32,000 nt of DNA from Alphaproteobacteria bacterium (GCA_028696805.1 JAQVGI010000002.1:1-32000); one strand, 5' to 3'. Positions 8,868 through 20,263 are shown, numbered from the stretch's first letter. Notes: generated by a model from the letters alone, not told the origin. Made by a program: numbers and translations.

Positions 8868-9602
8868 ATGCGTTCAGGTGTTATCGCAGAAAAAATCGGC
8901 ATGATGAGCCTCTTCCTTGACAACGGGGAGCGGGTGCCGGTGAGTGTCCTGAAAGTGGACAGCACGGTGACCGATGTCCGGACCAAGGAGCGGGACGGGT
9001 ATGTCGCCGTCCAGCTGGGGGCGGGCAAAGCCAAGGCCAAGAAAATGGCCAAAGCCCAGATCGGCCATTTCGCCAAGCTGAAGGTGGAGCCGAAAAAGAC
9101 GTTGGTCGAGTTCCGCGTGTCGGACGATTGCGTGATTCCGGTGGGCTCTCAAATAGGTGCCAACCATTTCGTCGTCGGCCAGAAGGTGGATGTTTCGGGC
9201 GTTTCGCTCGGCAAAGGTTTCGCCGGCGTGGTCAAGAAATACCATTTCGGCGGCGACTGCGCGTCGCACGGCGTGTCTCGGACGCATCGTTCGGGCGGGT
9301 CGACGGGCCAGCGCGAATGGCCGGGCAAGGTCTTTAAGAATGTCAAGATGCCGGGGCAGATGGGCAACAAGGCGACGACCGTTCAAAACCTGAAAATCGT
9401 CGCGATCGACGAAGCCCGCGACCTGATCATGGTGCAGGGCTCCGTGCCGGGGTTCGATTCGGGCATTCTGACGATCACGGATGCGGCGAAAGCCGCGGCG
9501 CCGAAAAACGCGCCGATGCCGGCCGGACTGAAATCCGCCGCGTCGCCGGTCGAAGCGCCCGCCGCGGAGCAGCCCGCGCAAACAAGCGAAACAAAGGAAT
9601 AA
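8868..9602 (+). CDS. rplC: 50S ribosomal protein L3
   Basis: MRSGVIAEKIGMM... in conserved S10-operon order. It has an Ala/Pro-rich C-terminal tail. Confidence 0.97.
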   Translation: MRSGVIAEKIGMMSLFLDNGERVPVSVLKVDSTVTDVRTKERDGYVAVQLGAGKAKAKKMAKAQIGHFAKLKVEPKKTLVEFRVSDDCVIPVGSQIGANHFVVGQKVDVSGVSLGKGFAGVVKKYHFGGDCASHGVSRTHRSGGSTGQREWPGKVFKNVKMPGQMGNKATTVQNLKIVAIDEARDLIMVQGSVPGFDSGILTITDAAKAAAPKNAPMPAGLKSAASPVEAPAAEQPAQTSETKE

Positions 9603-9605
9603 GCC

Positions 9606-10232
9606 ATGAAATATGATGTGATTGATTTGCACGGCAAAAAGGTGGATGCGATTGAGCTGGCCGATTCCGTTTTCGGCGTCGCGGTGCGCCCGGATATCCT
9701 GGCGCGCGTGGTGCAGTGGCAGCTGGACTGCCGCCGCGCCGGCACGCACAAGACCAAGGACATCGGCGAGGTCAGCGGATCGGGCAAAAAGCCGTTCAAG
9801 CAGAAAGGAACCGGCCGCGCGCGCCAGGGCCAGAAGCGGGCGCCGAACCAATACCACGGCGGCGTCGCGTTCGGTCCGGTCGTGCGCTCGCACGCCTACA
9901 GCCTGAACAAGAAAATCCGGGCGCTGGGCATGCGCGTCGCGCTGTCTCTGAAAGCCAAGGAAAACCGGCTGTTCATCCTGGACGACATGAAGGCGGCCAA
10001 GCCGTCGACGGCCGCGTTCAAGAAGGCTTTCGCGGCGAACAAATGGGGCTCCGTCCTGTTTGTCGGCGGCGAAAAATTGGACGACAATTTCGCATTGTCC
10101 GCCCGGAACATCGTCGATGTCGACGTGCTGCCGGCGCAGGGGGCGAACGTGTATGACATCATCCGGCGCGACGTTCTGGTCTTGTCCAAGGACGCCGTGG
10201 CGAAACTGGAAGGGCGGTTGAGCAATGATTAA
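9606..10232 (+). CDS. rplD: 50S ribosomal protein L4
   Basis: KQKGTGRARQG motif and conserved operon position. Confidence 0.97.
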   Translation: MKYDVIDLHGKKVDAIELADSVFGVAVRPDILARVVQWQLDCRRAGTHKTKDIGEVSGSGKKPFKQKGTGRARQGQKRAPNQYHGGVAFGPVVRSHAYSLNKKIRALGMRVALSLKAKENRLFILDDMKAAKPSTAAFKKAFAANKWGSVLFVGGEKLDDNFALSARNIVDVDVLPAQGANVYDIIRRDVLVLSKDAVAKLEGRLSND

Positions 10233-10548
10233 GAAAACGAAAACAGACAAGGCGGTTGCCGCCGCGGATGCCTATGACGTCATCGTGCGTCCGGTCATCA
10301 CGGAAAAGGCGATGAAAAGCGCCGAATCCGGCCAGGCCACGTTCCTGGTCAAGCCGGAGGCGACCAAGGCGCAGATCAAGCGCGCCATCGAAGGCGTCTT
10401 CGGCGTCAAAGTCGTGGCTGTGAACACGCTCCGCCAGGCCGGAAAGCAGAAGGTTTTCCGCGGGCAGAAGGGCGTGCGCAGCGAAACAAAGAAAGCCATC
10501 GTGACTCTGGAAAAGGGCCAGAGCATCGATGTGTCGCAAGGGGTGTAA
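10225..10548 (+). CDS. rplW: 50S ribosomal protein L23
   Basis: 107 aa with the ..[11 protein letters not shown].. motif. It overlaps rplD by 8 nt. Confidence 0.95.
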   Translation: MIKKTKTDKAVAAADAYDVIVRPVITEKAMKSAESGQATFLVKPEATKAQIKRAIEGVFGVKVVAVNTLRQAGKQKVFRGQKGVRSETKKAIVTLEKGQSIDVSQGV

Positions 10549-10550
10549 TC

Positions 10551-11378
10551 ATGGCATTGAAACAATATAAACCGACGACATCGACGACCCGCCACCTGAT
10601 CGGCGTGGATCGGTCCGATTTGCACAAAGGGGCGCCGGTCAAGGCGCTGGTCGGGCCGAAGCCGTCGCGCGGCGGCCGCAACAACCACGGCCACATCACG
10701 ACGCGCCATCAGGGCGGCGGCCATAAGAAAGCCTACCGCATCGTCGATTTCAAGCGGCAGAAGGCGGACATGCCCGCCGTCGTCGAGCGCTTGGAATACG
10801 ATCCGAACCGCACGGCGTTCATCGCTTTGGTCAAATATGCGGACGGCACTTTGTCGTATATCCTGGCGCCGCAGCGCCTGGGCGTCGGCGATACGATCGT
10901 CGCGTCCAAGACCGCGGACATCAAGCCCGGCAACGCGATGCCTCTGAAAAACATGCCCGTCGGCACGATTATCCACAACATCGAGCTGCAGCCCGGCAAG
11001 GGCGGCCAGATCGCCCGTTCCGCCGGCTGCTACGCGCAGCTGATCGGCAAGGACGCGGGCTACGCGCAAATCCGCCTGAACTCCGGCGAGCTGCGCCTGA
11101 TCCGCGCCGAATGCCTGGCGACGATCGGCGCCGTGTCCAATGTGGATCATAAGAACACGACGATCGCGAAAGCGGGCCGTTCGCGCTGGCTGGGCATCCG
11201 CCCGTCGGTGCGCGGCATCGCGATGAACCCGGTCGACCACCCGCACGGCGGCCGGACAAACGGCGGACGCCATCCGGTGACGCCGTGGGGCCAGAAGACA
11301 AAGGGCAAGAAAACCCGCAACAACAAGCGGACGGACGCGTTCATTGTGCGCTCCCGCCACGCCTTGAAGAAGATATAA
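10551..11378 (+). CDS. rplB: 50S ribosomal protein L2
   Basis: [15 protein letters not shown]... and the [13 protein letters not shown] motif. Confidence 0.98.
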   Translation: MALKQYKPTTSTTRHLIGVDRSDLHKGAPVKALVGPKPSRGGRNNHGHITTRHQGGGHKKAYRIVDFKRQKADMPAVVERLEYDPNRTAFIALVKYADGTLSYILAPQRLGVGDTIVASKTADIKPGNAMPLKNMPVGTIIHNIELQPGKGGQIARSAGCYAQLIGKDAGYAQIRLNSGELRLIRAECLATIGAVSNVDHKNTTIAKAGRSRWLGIRPSVRGIAMNPVDHPHGGRTNGGRHPVTPWGQKTKGKKTRNNKRTDAFIVRSRHALKKI

Positions 11379-11388
11379 GGAGGCACAC

Positions 11389-11676
11389 ATGACAAGATCC
11401 GTATGGAAAGGCCCGTTCATCGACGGCTATCTGCTGAAAAAAGCCGATGTCGTCAAAGCATCCGGCCGCCACGAGGTGATCAAGACCTGGTCGCGCCGCT
11501 CGACGATCATCCCGCAATTCGTGGGACTGACGTTCGGCGTGTATAACGGCCACAAGTTCATTCCCGTCCTGGTCAGCGAGAACATGGTCGGGCACAAGTT
11601 CGGCGAGTTCGCGCCGACCCGGACGTTCTCGGCCCATACCGCCGCCGACGCCAAAGCGGCCGTTGCGAAAAAGTAG
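11389..11676 (+). CDS. rpsS: 30S ribosomal protein S19
   Basis: [12 protein letters not shown]... and [19 protein letters not shown] lies upstream. Confidence 0.97.
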   Translation: MTRSVWKGPFIDGYLLKKADVVKASGRHEVIKTWSRRSTIIPQFVGLTFGVYNGHKFIPVLVSENMVGHKFGEFAPTRTFSAHTAADAKAAVAKK

Positions 11677-11685
11677 AGGTGATTC

Positions 11686-12099
11686 ATGGTGAAGAAACAA
11701 GAGCATAAACAATCCGTCGCCCGGGCGCGCGCCATCCGCACCAGCCCGCGCAAGCTGAACCTGCTGGCGCAATCCATCCGCGGGCTGAAGGCCGACAAGG
11801 CCGTCGCCCAGCTGACGTTTTCCAAAAAGCGCGTGTCGGGCGAGGCCAAAAAGGTCCTGCTGTCCGCGATCGCGAACGCCGAGCACAACCTGGGCATGGA
11901 CGTGGACCGCCTGCGGGTGGCCGAAGCCTATGTCGGCAAAGCCATGGTGATGAAACGCATGATCGCCGCCGCCAAGGGAAGCGGCAAGCGCATCCTGAAG
12001 CCGTTTTCCAATATGACGATCATCCTGCGCGAGCAGGAGGCCGCTCCGAAGGCGAAAAAGGAAAAGCCGGCCAAAGCAACGAAAAAGGAGAACGTATAA
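11686..12099 (+). CDS. rplV: 50S ribosomal protein L22
   Basis: [11 protein letters not shown] motif. It has a Lys-rich C-terminal tail, and its stop overlaps the rpsC start (TAATG). Confidence 0.96.
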   Translation: MVKKQEHKQSVARARAIRTSPRKLNLLAQSIRGLKADKAVAQLTFSKKRVSGEAKKVLLSAIANAEHNLGMDVDRLRVAEAYVGKAMVMKRMIAAAKGSGKRILKPFSNMTIILREQEAAPKAKKEKPAKATKKENV

Positions 12100-12785
12100 T
12101 GGGACATAAAGTCAATCCGACGGGGCTGCGTCTGGGCATCAACCGGACTTGGGATTCGCGCTGGTTCGCGACGAAGAACTACGCCGCCTTGCTGCATGAG
12201 GATATGGAAATCCGCGCGTTTTTGAACAAAAAGCTGGCGGCGGCCGGCATCTCCCAGATCGTGATCGAGCGCCCCGCCAAAAAGGCGCGCGTGACGATTT
12301 ACTGCGCGCGGCCGGGCGTCGTCATCGGCAAGAAAGGCGCCGACATCGAATCGCTGAAAAAAGACCTGACCAAGGTGTCCAAGGGCAACGAGGTCAATGT
12401 GAACATCGTCGAGATCCGCAAGCCTGAAATCGACGCGAAGCTGGTCGCCGACAACATCGCGCAGCAGCTGGAAAAACGGATTTCATTCCGCCGCGCGATG
12501 AAAAAGGCTGTTCAAACCGCGCTGCGCCAGGGCGCCGAGGGCATCCGCATCAACTGCGGCGGCCGTCTGGGCGGCGCCGAAATCGCGCGCGTCGAATGGT
12601 ATCGCGAAGGCCGCGTGCCTTTGCATACGCTGCGCGCGGATGTCGATTACGGCCACGCGACGGCGCACACGGCCTACGGGACATGCGGCGTCAAAGTCTG
12701 GATTTACAAAGGCGAAATCCTGGCGCACGACCCGATGGCTCAGGACAAGCGTCTGAATGAAACTCACGCAGGGAAAGGACAATAG
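12099..12785 (+). CDS. rpsC: 30S ribosomal protein S3
   Basis: [23 protein letters not shown]... Confidence 0.98.
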   Translation: MGHKVNPTGLRLGINRTWDSRWFATKNYAALLHEDMEIRAFLNKKLAAAGISQIVIERPAKKARVTIYCARPGVVIGKKGADIESLKKDLTKVSKGNEVNVNIVEIRKPEIDAKLVADNIAQQLEKRISFRRAMKKAVQTALRQGAEGIRINCGGRLGGAEIARVEWYREGRVPLHTLRADVDYGHATAHTAYGTCGVKVWIYKGEILAHDPMAQDKRLNETHAGKGQ

Positions 12786-12787
12786 CG

Positions 12788-13210
12788 ATGTTGAGCCCTA
12801 AAAAAACAAAGTTCCGCAAGGCGTTCAAAGGCCGCATCCACGGCGTGTCGACATCCGCGAACAAGCTGGATTTCGGAACATACGGCATGAAGGCGCTGGA
12901 GCCCGAGCGCGTGACGGCGCGCCAGATCGAGGCCGCCCGCCGCGCGATTTCACGCGCGATGAAGCGCCAGGGACGCCTGTGGATACGCATGTTTCCGGAT
13001 GTGCCCGTGTCCAAGAAGCCGCCCGAAGTGCGCCAGGGAAAAGGCAAAGGCGCCCCCGAGTTTTGGGTGTGCCGCGTGAAGCCCGGCCGCATTTTATACG
13101 AGGTGGACGGCGTGTCCGCCGAAATCGCGCGCGAGGCGTTCCGCCTGGGCGCCGCGAAGCTGCCGATCAAGACAAAGTTTGTTGCCAGAACTCCGGATGA
13201 AGAGGTGTAG
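12788..13210 (+). CDS. rplP: 50S ribosomal protein L16
   Basis: [17 protein letters not shown]... Confidence 0.97.
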   Translation: MLSPKKTKFRKAFKGRIHGVSTSANKLDFGTYGMKALEPERVTARQIEAARRAISRAMKRQGRLWIRMFPDVPVSKKPPEVRQGKGKGAPEFWVCRVKPGRILYEVDGVSAEIAREAFRLGAAKLPIKTKFVARTPDEEV

Positions 13211-13212
13211 CC

Positions 13213-13419
13213 ATGAAAAAAATAAAAGACTTGCGGTCCCAAAAGCCCGGCGAACTGACGGCGTTGGAAACGGAATTGAAGAAGGAATCCTTCAACCTGC
13301 GCTTCCAGCAGGCCGGCGGCCAGCTGAAAAACACTGCGCGCCGGCGCGCGGTGCGGCGTGAAATCGCCCAAATCAAAACGATCCTGGCCGCGCAGGCCAA
13401 ATCCAAAAAAGGAGAATAA
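13213..13419 (+). CDS. rpmC: 50S ribosomal protein L29
   Basis: 68 aa with ..[12 protein letters not shown].. in conserved position. Confidence 0.93.
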   Translation: MKKIKDLRSQKPGELTALETELKKESFNLRFQQAGGQLKNTARRRAVRREIAQIKTILAAQAKSKKGE

Positions 13420-13421
13420 TC

Positions 13422-13658
13422 ATGCCCAAACGTATCTTAACCGGTGTCGTGGTCAGCGACAAGATGGACAAGTCGGTCGTCGTGCTGGTGGAGCGCCGCG
13501 TCATGCATCCGATTTACAAGAAATACATCAAGCGCAGCGCGAAATACACCGCGCACGATGAAAACAATTTGTGCAAGGTCGGTGACTCTGTGCAAATTAT
13601 CGAAAGCAGGCCGCTGTCCAAGACGAAGAAATGGATTGTCGCGCCTGCGGTCAAATAA
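13422..13658 (+). CDS. rpsQ: 30S ribosomal protein S17
   Basis: 78 aa with ..[23 protein letters not shown].. Confidence 0.95.
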   Translation: MPKRILTGVVVSDKMDKSVVVLVERRVMHPIYKKYIKRSAKYTAHDENNLCKVGDSVQIIESRPLSKTKKWIVAPAVK

Positions 13659-13682
13659 CTTAAATCGAGGAAGGGAAAACCA

Positions 13683-14051
13683 ATGATTCAAGTAGAAAGC
13701 AACCTTGAAGTCGCCGACAATTCCGGGGCCCGGAAGGTTCAGTGCATCAAGGTCCTCGGCGGCTCCAAGCGTAAGGTTGCCGGCGTCGGCGACGTCATCG
13801 TCGTCGCCGTCAAGAAGGCAATACCACGCGGCAAGGTCAAACAGGGCGAGGTGCAGCGCGCGCTGATCGTGCGCACGCGCCGCGAAATCCGCCGCGCCGA
13901 CGGATCGGCCATCCGCTTCGACACCAACGCGGCCGTGCTGGTGAACAAGGACGGCGAGCCGATCGGAACGCGCATTTTCGGGCCCGTCACGCGCGAGCTG
14001 CGCACGAAGGGATTCGTCAAAATCCTGTCATTAGCGCCGGAGGTATTATAA
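13683..14051 (+). CDS. rplN: 50S ribosomal protein L14
   Basis: [27 protein letters not shown]... Confidence 0.98.
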   Translation: MIQVESNLEVADNSGARKVQCIKVLGGSKRKVAGVGDVIVVAVKKAIPRGKVKQGEVQRALIVRTRREIRRADGSAIRFDTNAAVLVNKDGEPIGTRIFGPVTRELRTKGFVKILSLAPEVL

Positions 14052-14362
14052 TGAGCAAGTTGAAGAAAGGTGATAAAGTCATTGTTATCACAGGAAAAGA
14101 CAAAGGCAAGACGGGCGAGATTGCGAAAATGCTCGTCGCCGCAAACAAAGTCGTCGTCAGCGGCGTGAACCTGGTCAAGCGGCACACGAAGCCGTCCCAG
14201 GAAAACGCGGGCGGCATCGTGTCGAAGGAGGCTCCGATTCATATCTCGAACGTCGCGTTCATCGACCCGAAGTCGGGCAAGGCGACGCGCATCGGCTTCA
14301 AAATCGGCAAGGACGGCGAAAAAACCCGTATCGCCAAAAAGTCCGGCGAAGCGGTCAAGTAA
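14051..14362 (+). CDS. rplX: 50S ribosomal protein L24
   Basis: 103 aa with the KOW-type [16 protein letters not shown]. Its start overlaps the rplN stop (TAATG). Confidence 0.96.
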   Translation: MSKLKKGDKVIVITGKDKGKTGEIAKMLVAANKVVVSGVNLVKRHTKPSQENAGGIVSKEAPIHISNVAFIDPKSGKATRIGFKIGKDGEKTRIAKKSGEAVK

Positions 14363-14374
14363 GGAGTGGTTGTG

Positions 14375-14926
14375 ATGAAAACAAGATTGCAAAAACAATA
14401 CGAAGACGCGATTGTGCCCGCCCTGATCAAGGAGTTCGGATACACAAACAAAATGCAGGTGCCCAGGCTGGACAAGATCGTCCTGAACATGGGCGTCGGC
14501 GAGGCGACCGAAGACCGCAAGGCCATGGAGGGCGCGCTGAAGGACATGGAGGCCATCACGGGGCAGAAGCCGGTGCTGACGAAATCCAAGAAATCCATCG
14601 CGACGTTCAAGCTGCGCGAAAATATGAACATCGGGTGCAAGGCGACGCTGCGCCGCGCCAGGATGTATGAGTTCCTGGACAGGCTGATCACGATGGCGAT
14701 GCCGCGCATCCGCGATTTCCGCGGCGTGTCGGGCAAATCGTTCGACGGCCACGGCAACTATGCGATGGGCATCAAGGAGCAGACCATCTTCATGGAGATC
14801 AACTACGACGCCATCGACGCCGTCCGGGGGATGGACATCATCATTTGCACGACGGCGAAAACGGACAAGGAAGCGAAATCCTTGCTGGCCGGATTCGGCA
14901 TGCCGTTCATGAAGGAAGGGAAATAA
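14375..14926 (+). CDS. rplE: 50S ribosomal protein L5
   Basis: [44 protein letters not shown]. The ATG at 14375 is chosen over the GTG at 14366 because AAGGAG lies 8 nt upstream. Confidence 0.96.
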   Translation: MKTRLQKQYEDAIVPALIKEFGYTNKMQVPRLDKIVLNMGVGEATEDRKAMEGALKDMEAITGQKPVLTKSKKSIATFKLRENMNIGCKATLRRARMYEFLDRLITMAMPRIRDFRGVSGKSFDGHGNYAMGIKEQTIFMEINYDAIDAVRGMDIIICTTAKTDKEAKSLLAGFGMPFMKEGK

Positions 14927-14928
14927 TC

Positions 14929-15234
14929 ATGGCAAAACTCTGTTCGATCGAAAGAAACAAAAAGCGCGTGAAGCTGGTCGCGAAGTTCGCCGGCAAGCGC
15001 GCCGCTTTGAAGGCCGTCATCCGGGACAAGAACGCGACGCCGGAGCAGGTGTTCGAGGCGACGATGACGCTGGCGCGCCTGCCGCGGAACGGATCGCAAG
15101 TGCGCGTTCACAACCGCTGCGCGCTGACCGGCCGGTCCAAAGGCAACTACCGCAAATTCAAACTCAGCCGTATTCAGCTGCGGAAACTGGCCAACGAAGG
15201 CCAGCTGCCGGGCGTTACGAAATCCAGTTGGTAA
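14929..15234 (+). CDS. rpsN: 30S ribosomal protein S14 (long, non-zinc form)
   Basis: 101 aa counted from the ATG at 14929 ([13 protein letters not shown]...). It ends ..LPGVTKSSW. Confidence 0.95.
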   Translation: MAKLCSIERNKKRVKLVAKFAGKRAALKAVIRDKNATPEQVFEATMTLARLPRNGSQVRVHNRCALTGRSKGNYRKFKLSRIQLRKLANEGQLPGVTKSSW

Positions 15235-15246
15235 GGAGGAAAAACA

Positions 15247-15645
15247 ATGTCTATGACAGATCCTTTGGGAGATATGCTGACCCGCATTCGCAATGCCGGG
15301 ATGGCGCATAAAAACTCCGTGACGATTCCGGCGTCCAACCTGCGCGGGAACGTCTTGGAGGTGTTGAAGCGGGAGGGCTACATCCGCGATTTCGCGAAAG
15401 CCGAGATCCGCAAGGGCATCGGCGAGTTCTCGGTGGAATTGAAATACCACGAGGGCCAGCCCGTGATCAGGCAGATCGAGCGCGTCTCGACGCCGGGTCG
15501 CCGCGTCTACTCGAAAGTCAAAGATTTGCCGAAGTTCTACAACGGACTGGGCATCTATGTGTTGTCAACCCCGTCGGGCGTGATGTCCGACAACGAAGCT
15601 CGCCAGGCGAATCTGGGTGGCGAAGTTTTGGCACGCGTGTTCTAG
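15247..15645 (+). CDS. rpsH: 30S ribosomal protein S8
   Basis: [17 protein letters not shown]... Confidence 0.97.
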   Translation: MSMTDPLGDMLTRIRNAGMAHKNSVTIPASNLRGNVLEVLKREGYIRDFAKAEIRKGIGEFSVELKYHEGQPVIRQIERVSTPGRRVYSKVKDLPKFYNGLGIYVLSTPSGVMSDNEARQANLGGEVLARVF

Positions 15646-15655
15646 GGAGGAAAAC

Positions 15656-16189
15656 ATGTCGAGAATCGGAAAACATCCTGTGGCGATACCCGCCGGCGTG
15701 ACGGCATCCGTCGCCGGCGACGCAATCGTCGTTAAGGGCAAGCTGGGCGAATTGAAAGCGCACATCCCGGCCGGCGCGTCGGTCGCAATCGAGGGGGACA
15801 AAATCGTCGTCTCCCCGACCGCCAAAACGAAGCAGGGCATAACGGCCTGGGGAACGGCGCGGGCCAACATCAACAATATGGTCAAGGGCGTCAGCGTCGG
15901 CTTCACCAAAAAGCTGGAGCTTATCGGCGTCGGCTACAAGGCGATCGTCCAGGGTCAGAATTTGAAGTTGACTTTGGGGTTCAGCCATGATATTGATTAT
16001 AAGCTCCCCGCGGGCATCAAGGCGGCTGCGGCCGAGCCGACCAAGTTGGAATTGTCCGGATTCGACAAGCAGCTGCTGGGCCAGGTCGCGTCCGAAATCC
16101 GCTCTTTCCGCCCGCCCGAGCCGTATAAGGGCAAAGGCGTGAAGTATGACGGGGAAACGATCCTGCGCAAAGCCGGCAAGAAGAAATAA
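15656..16189 (+). CDS. rplF: 50S ribosomal protein L6
   Basis: 177 aa counted from the ATG at 15656 ([15 protein letters not shown]..). GGGAGG lies upstream. Confidence 0.96.
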   Translation: MSRIGKHPVAIPAGVTASVAGDAIVVKGKLGELKAHIPAGASVAIEGDKIVVSPTAKTKQGITAWGTARANINNMVKGVSVGFTKKLELIGVGYKAIVQGQNLKLTLGFSHDIDYKLPAGIKAAAAEPTKLELSGFDKQLLGQVASEIRSFRPPEPYKGKGVKYDGETILRKAGKKK

Positions 16190-16200
16190 GGGAGCATGAC

Positions 16201-16551
16201 ATGAAGCAAGCAAACACATTTTTACGTCGGAAAGCGCGCGTGCGCCATGCGATTCGGACAAAGTCCGTCGATCGCCCGCGGCTGTCCGTCCATCGGTCTG
16301 AAAAGCATATCTACGCGCAGGTCATCGACGACGCGACGGCCCGGACGCTGGCCTCCGCCTCTTCGAAAGACAAGGGATTCGGCGAAAAAGGGTCGACGAT
16401 CGCCGGCGCGGCGCTGGTCGGAAAAACCATCGCCGAAAAGGCGGTCAAAGCCGGCGTCAAGGCGGTTGTCTTCGACCGCGGCGGATATTTGTACCACGGC
16501 CGGATCAAAGCCGTGGCGGAAGCGGCGCGTGAAGCCGGCTTGTCATTTTAA
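16201..16551 (+). CDS. rplR: 50S ribosomal protein L18
   Basis: 116 aa with ..[20 protein letters not shown].. and ..[11 protein letters not shown].. Confidence 0.96.
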   Translation: MKQANTFLRRKARVRHAIRTKSVDRPRLSVHRSEKHIYAQVIDDATARTLASASSKDKGFGEKGSTIAGAALVGKTIAEKAVKAGVKAVVFDRGGYLYHGRIKAVAEAAREAGLSF

Positions 16552-16563
16552 GGAGCAGACACC

Positions 16564-17181
16564 ATGACAGAATTAGAACAGGAAAAGACAGACAAGAAAC
16601 GCCGCCCGCGCAAAGACCGCGGCGACAACGAATCCCGCGCCGACCGCGTGGCCGACGAATTCACGGACCGCGTCGTGCATGTGAACCGCGTGTCCAAAAC
16701 CGTCAAGGGCGGCAAGCGCTTCGCGTTCGCGGCCCTGGTGGTCGTCGGCGACCAGAAAGGGCGCGTCGGATTCGCGCACGCCAAGGCGAAGGAAGTCCCC
16801 GACGCCATCAAGAAGGCGACCGACCGCGCGCGCCGCAAACTGATCCGCGTGCCGCTGCGCGAAAGCCGGACGCTGCACCACGACATGAAAGGCCATTTCG
16901 GCGCCGGATATGTGACGATGCGGACGGCTCCGGCCGGTACCGGCATCATCGCCGGCGGCCCGATGCGCGCCGTGTTCGAGGTGCTGGGCGTTCAGGATGT
17001 CGTCGCCAAATGCACCGGATCGTCCAACCCGCATAACATGGTCCGCGCGACGTTCGAGGCGCTGCAGGCGCTGAACTCCCCGCGCAGCGTCGCCGCCAAA
17101 CGCGGCAAGAAAGTCAGCGACATCATCGCGCGCCGCGACGGCGGGTCCGTCGACATCGCCGCCCTTGAAGCCGCAGAGTAA
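16564..17181 (+). CDS. rpsE: 30S ribosomal protein S5
   Basis: 205 aa with ..[22 protein letters not shown].. It has a charged N-terminal extension. Confidence 0.96.
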   Translation: MTELEQEKTDKKRRPRKDRGDNESRADRVADEFTDRVVHVNRVSKTVKGGKRFAFAALVVVGDQKGRVGFAHAKAKEVPDAIKKATDRARRKLIRVPLRESRTLHHDMKGHFGAGYVTMRTAPAGTGIIAGGPMRAVFEVLGVQDVVAKCTGSSNPHNMVRATFEALQALNSPRSVAAKRGKKVSDIIARRDGGSVDIAALEAAE

Positions 17182-17192
17182 GGAGAATGAAC

Positions 17193-17729
17193 ATGAAACT
17201 GAACACGATACGCGACAATAAGGGCGCCCGCAAATCTTTGATGCGCGTCGGCCGTGGCTACGGCTCCGGCAAAGGCCGGACGGCCGGGCGCGGCGGCAAA
17301 GGCCAGACGGCCCGCACGGGCGTCGCCGTCAACGGGTTCGAAGGCGGCCAGATGCCGATCTTCCGCCGGCTGCCGAAGCGCGGATTCAACAACATTTTCA
17401 AAAAGGTTTTCGCCGTCGTCAACATCGGCACCATCCAGAAAGCCATTGACAACAAGCTGATCAAAGCCGGCCAGGAAGTGGACGAAGTCGTCCTGATGGA
17501 GACGGGCCTGATCAAGCGCGTCCGGGACGGCGTGCGCCTGCTGGCCGACGGCAAGCTGACCGACAAGATTACCCTGAAAGTGGCCGGCGCTTCCGAAGCG
17601 GCCGTGAAAGCCGTCGAGAAAGCCGGCGGTCAGGTGATTGTCGTCGCCAAGCCCGCGACGATTCTGGAAAAAGGCAAGAAAACATCTCAAAAAGAAGCGA
17701 AAAAGCCGGTTAAAAAAACTAAAAAATAA
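17193..17729 (+). CDS. rplO: 50S ribosomal protein L15
   Basis: [36 protein letters not shown]. The ATG at 17193 is preferred because AGGAG lies 7 nt upstream. It has a Lys-rich tail and directly follows rpsE with no rpmD between them. Confidence 0.95.
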   Translation: MKLNTIRDNKGARKSLMRVGRGYGSGKGRTAGRGGKGQTARTGVAVNGFEGGQMPIFRRLPKRGFNNIFKKVFAVVNIGTIQKAIDNKLIKAGQEVDEVVLMETGLIKRVRDGVRLLADGKLTDKITLKVAGASEAAVKAVEKAGGQVIVVAKPATILEKGKKTSQKEAKKPVKKTKK

Positions 17730-17746
17730 CCAAAAGGAGCGAAGAC

Positions 17747-19081
17747 ATGTCGTTATCTGAAAAAATGGCATCGCAAATGGATTTCTCCGCTTTTTCAAAA
17801 GCGAGCGATTTGAAGAAGCGGCTTGTCTTTGCCCTGATTGCGCTGATCGTGTTCCGGCTGGGGACATATATTCCGCTTCCGGGCATCAACCCGGCCGTCA
17901 TCAAGGACTTCTTCGCGACGAACAGCGGCGGGCTGCTGGGCATGTTCAACGCCTTCACCGGCGGCGCGCTGTCCCGGATGTCCATCTTCGCGCTGAACAT
18001 CATGCCGTATATTTCGGCGTCCATCATCGTCCAGCTGTCGGCCAGCGTCGTGCCGTCGCTGAAAGCCTTGATGAAGGAAGGCGAATCCGGCCACCGCAAG
18101 ATGAACCAATACACGCGCTACCTGACCGTTCTGATCACGATCGTCCAGGCGTTCTTCATGGCGCGCGCGCTGGAAGCCGGCGGCGCCGTCATCATGGGGT
18201 CGCACGGATTGTTCGAATTGTCCACGGTTATTTCGCTGCTGGGCGGGACGATGTTCGTCGTGTGGCTGGGCGACCAGATCACCGCGCGCGGCGTCGGCAG
18301 CGGCGCGTCCGTCCTCATCATGGTCGGCATCGTCGCCGGCATGCCGGGGGCCGTCGTGCGCCTGTTCGAGGAAGGGCGCGTCGGCACCCTGTCTCCGTTC
18401 GTCATTTTGTTCGTGCTGGCCCTGATCGCCGCCGTGGTCGGCGTCGTCGTCGCGTTCGAGCGCGCGCAGCGCCGCATCGTCATCCAATATCCGAAGCGCC
18501 AGATGGGCGGGCGCGTCATGCAGGGCGTCAATTCCCACCTGCCTCTGAAAATCAACCCGACGGGCGTGATGCCGCCGATTTTCGCGAGCGCCATCCTGGC
18601 CATTCCGGTCGCCCTCGCGCAGTTTTATTCCAAAGCGACGGACAGCGATATGCTGGGGCGGCTGATGGTCTGGCTGACGCCGGGCGGCGTCGCGTATATG
18701 GCGGCCTTCGGTTTGCTCATCGCATTCTTCACATTCTTTTACACGGGGCTGCAGCCGCACTCCAACCCGACCGAAATCGCCGACAACCTGAAAAAGCAGG
18801 GCGGCTTCGTCGCGGGCATCCGGCCGGGCCAGAACACGGCGGACTACCTGGATTTCGTGATTACGCGCCTGACGGTTCTGGCGGCGGTTTATCTGGTTCT
18901 CCTGTGCATTCTGCCCGAGTTCATCGTCTCCGTGCTGTCCGTTCCGATTTTCTTCGGCGGCACGACGATCCTGATCGTTGTTTCGGTTATTCTGGACACC
19001 GTCAATCAGGTGCAGTCGCACCTGGTGGCGCACCAATACGAGGCCTTGATCCGCAAGGCCAAGCTGAAAGGGAGGCTGTAA
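17747..19081 (+). CDS. secY: preprotein translocase subunit SecY
   Basis: 444 aa, polytopic, with ..RLGTYIPLPGIN.. and ..GGTMFVVWLGDQIT.. Confidence 0.97.
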   Translation: MSLSEKMASQMDFSAFSKASDLKKRLVFALIALIVFRLGTYIPLPGINPAVIKDFFATNSGGLLGMFNAFTGGALSRMSIFALNIMPYISASIIVQLSASVVPSLKALMKEGESGHRKMNQYTRYLTVLITIVQAFFMARALEAGGAVIMGSHGLFELSTVISLLGGTMFVVWLGDQITARGVGSGASVLIMVGIVAGMPGAVVRLFEEGRVGTLSPFVILFVLALIAAVVGVVVAFERAQRRIVIQYPKRQMGGRVMQGVNSHLPLKINPTGVMPPIFASAILAIPVALAQFYSKATDSDMLGRLMVWLTPGGVAYMAAFGLLIAFFTFFYTGLQPHSNPTEIADNLKKQGGFVAGIRPGQNTADYLDFVITRLTVLAAVYLVLLCILPEFIVSVLSVPIFFGGTTILIVVSVILDTVNQVQSHLVAHQYEALIRKAKLKGRL

Positions 19082-19762
19082 ATGGGGGAGACATACAGGC
19101 ACATCGCGATCATGGGCCCGCCGGGGGGCGGCAAGGGGACGCAGGCGGCGATTCTGTCCGAAAAACTCGGCATCCGGGCGTTTTCGGCGGGCGAGCTGCT
19201 CCGCGAAGAAGTCGCCCGCGGGACGCAGGAAGGCCGCGAGATCGAGGCGATCATCACCAAGGGCAACCTGGTTCCGTCGCGCTATATCGTGAACCGGATG
19301 CGCGAGCGGATCGTCGATCCCCAAAACGCCAAGGGCTATATTCTGGACGGCTTTCCGCGCACCCTTGACCAAAGGGACGAGTTCGAGGCGATGCAGAAAG
19401 ACGACCCGCATATCGTCGCGAACCGGCTGGAGCTCGATTTGGTTTTGCTGCTGCAGGTGCCGGACGATTACGTCATCGACCGCATCATCGGCCGGTACGC
19501 ATGCGCCAAATGCGGCGCGCTGTATCATGAAAAGTTCAAGCAGCCCAAGACCTTCGGCGTGTGCGATGCGTGCGGCCATAAAGAATTTACGCGGCGGGCG
19601 GACGACAATTACGAAACGGTTGTTTCTCGGCTCCGCAACTACCGCAGCGTGACGGCTCCGGTTATACCTTACTACGAAGAAAAGGGGCTACTTAAATGCA
19701 TCGACGGGACGGGACCCATCGATGTTGTTGCAGAAAAAATCAGGAAAGTGGTCGGCTATTGA
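19082..19762 (+). CDS. adk: adenylate kinase (long lid with CxxC...CxxC)
   Basis: P-loop GPPGGGKGT. The lid is CAKCGALYH...CDACGH, and the gene follows secY. Confidence 0.95.
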   Translation: MGETYRHIAIMGPPGGGKGTQAAILSEKLGIRAFSAGELLREEVARGTQEGREIEAIITKGNLVPSRYIVNRMRERIVDPQNAKGYILDGFPRTLDQRDEFEAMQKDDPHIVANRLELDLVLLLQVPDDYVIDRIIGRYACAKCGALYHEKFKQPKTFGVCDACGHKEFTRRADDNYETVVSRLRNYRSVTAPVIPYYEEKGLLKCIDGTGPIDVVAEKIRKVVGY

Positions 19763-19771
19763 TTTATTCGC

Positions 19772-19800
19772 TTGACATTGAACGGAAAATAGTATAAAAT
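19772..19800 (+). promoter_or_regulatory. internal promoter TTGACA-17-TAAAAT upstream of rpsM
   Basis: Located in the 115-nt adk-rpsM spacer. Confidence 0.55.
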
Positions 19801-19877
19801 CCCGCTCGTTTAAATGTCGTGTTCAAAGCGCATGAAACAAAACGGCAACTTTTCTAAAAGTGAATGGAGAATTTACC

Positions 19878-20258
19878 TTGGCTCGTATAGCAGGTGTTAA
19901 TATCCCGACGAATAAGCTCGTGAATATCGGCTTGACCTATATTTACGGCATCGGCCGGAAAAAAGCAGATGAAATCTGCAAGAAGGTTGGCATTCCCGCC
20001 AGCCGCCGCGTCAGCGAACTGACGGACGACGAAACGTTGAAAATCCGCGAGCTGATCGACAGCGCGTATCATGTCGAGGGCGACTTGCGGCGCGAAGTGA
20101 CCATGAACGTGAAGCGCCTGATGGATCTGGGCTGCTACCGCGGCCTGCGCCATCGGAAAGGCCTGCCTTCCCGCGGGCAGCGGACGCACACCAACGCCCG
20201 GACGCGCAAAGGCAAGCGCATCGCGATCGCCGGCAAGAAAATGGCACCGAAAGGATAA
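19878..20258 (+). CDS. rpsM: 30S ribosomal protein S13
   Basis: The conserved N-terminus (M)ARIAGVNIP begins at the TTG at 19878, with GGAG 8 nt upstream. The ORF-track GTG at 19860 would add 6 non-conserved residues. Confidence 0.93.
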   Translation: MARIAGVNIPTNKLVNIGLTYIYGIGRKKADEICKKVGIPASRRVSELTDDETLKIRELIDSAYHVEGDLRREVTMNVKRLMDLGCYRGLRHRKGLPSRGQRTHTNARTRKGKRIAIAGKKMAPKG

Positions 20259-20263
20259 GGAAA

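Noticed and set aside
8874-10250. 458-aa ORF on the minus strand
   Set aside because: It is antisense to rplC/rplD and is a high-GC frame artefact.
10272-11420. 382-aa ORF on the minus strand
   Set aside because: It is antisense to rplW/rplB and is a high-GC frame artefact.
13739-14752. 337-aa ORF on the minus strand
   Set aside because: It is antisense to rplN/rplX/rplE and is a high-GC frame artefact.
17795-19579. 594-aa ORF on the minus strand
   Set aside because: It is antisense to secY/adk, it has an R/D/A/G-rich composition with no motifs, and the sense genes are certain.
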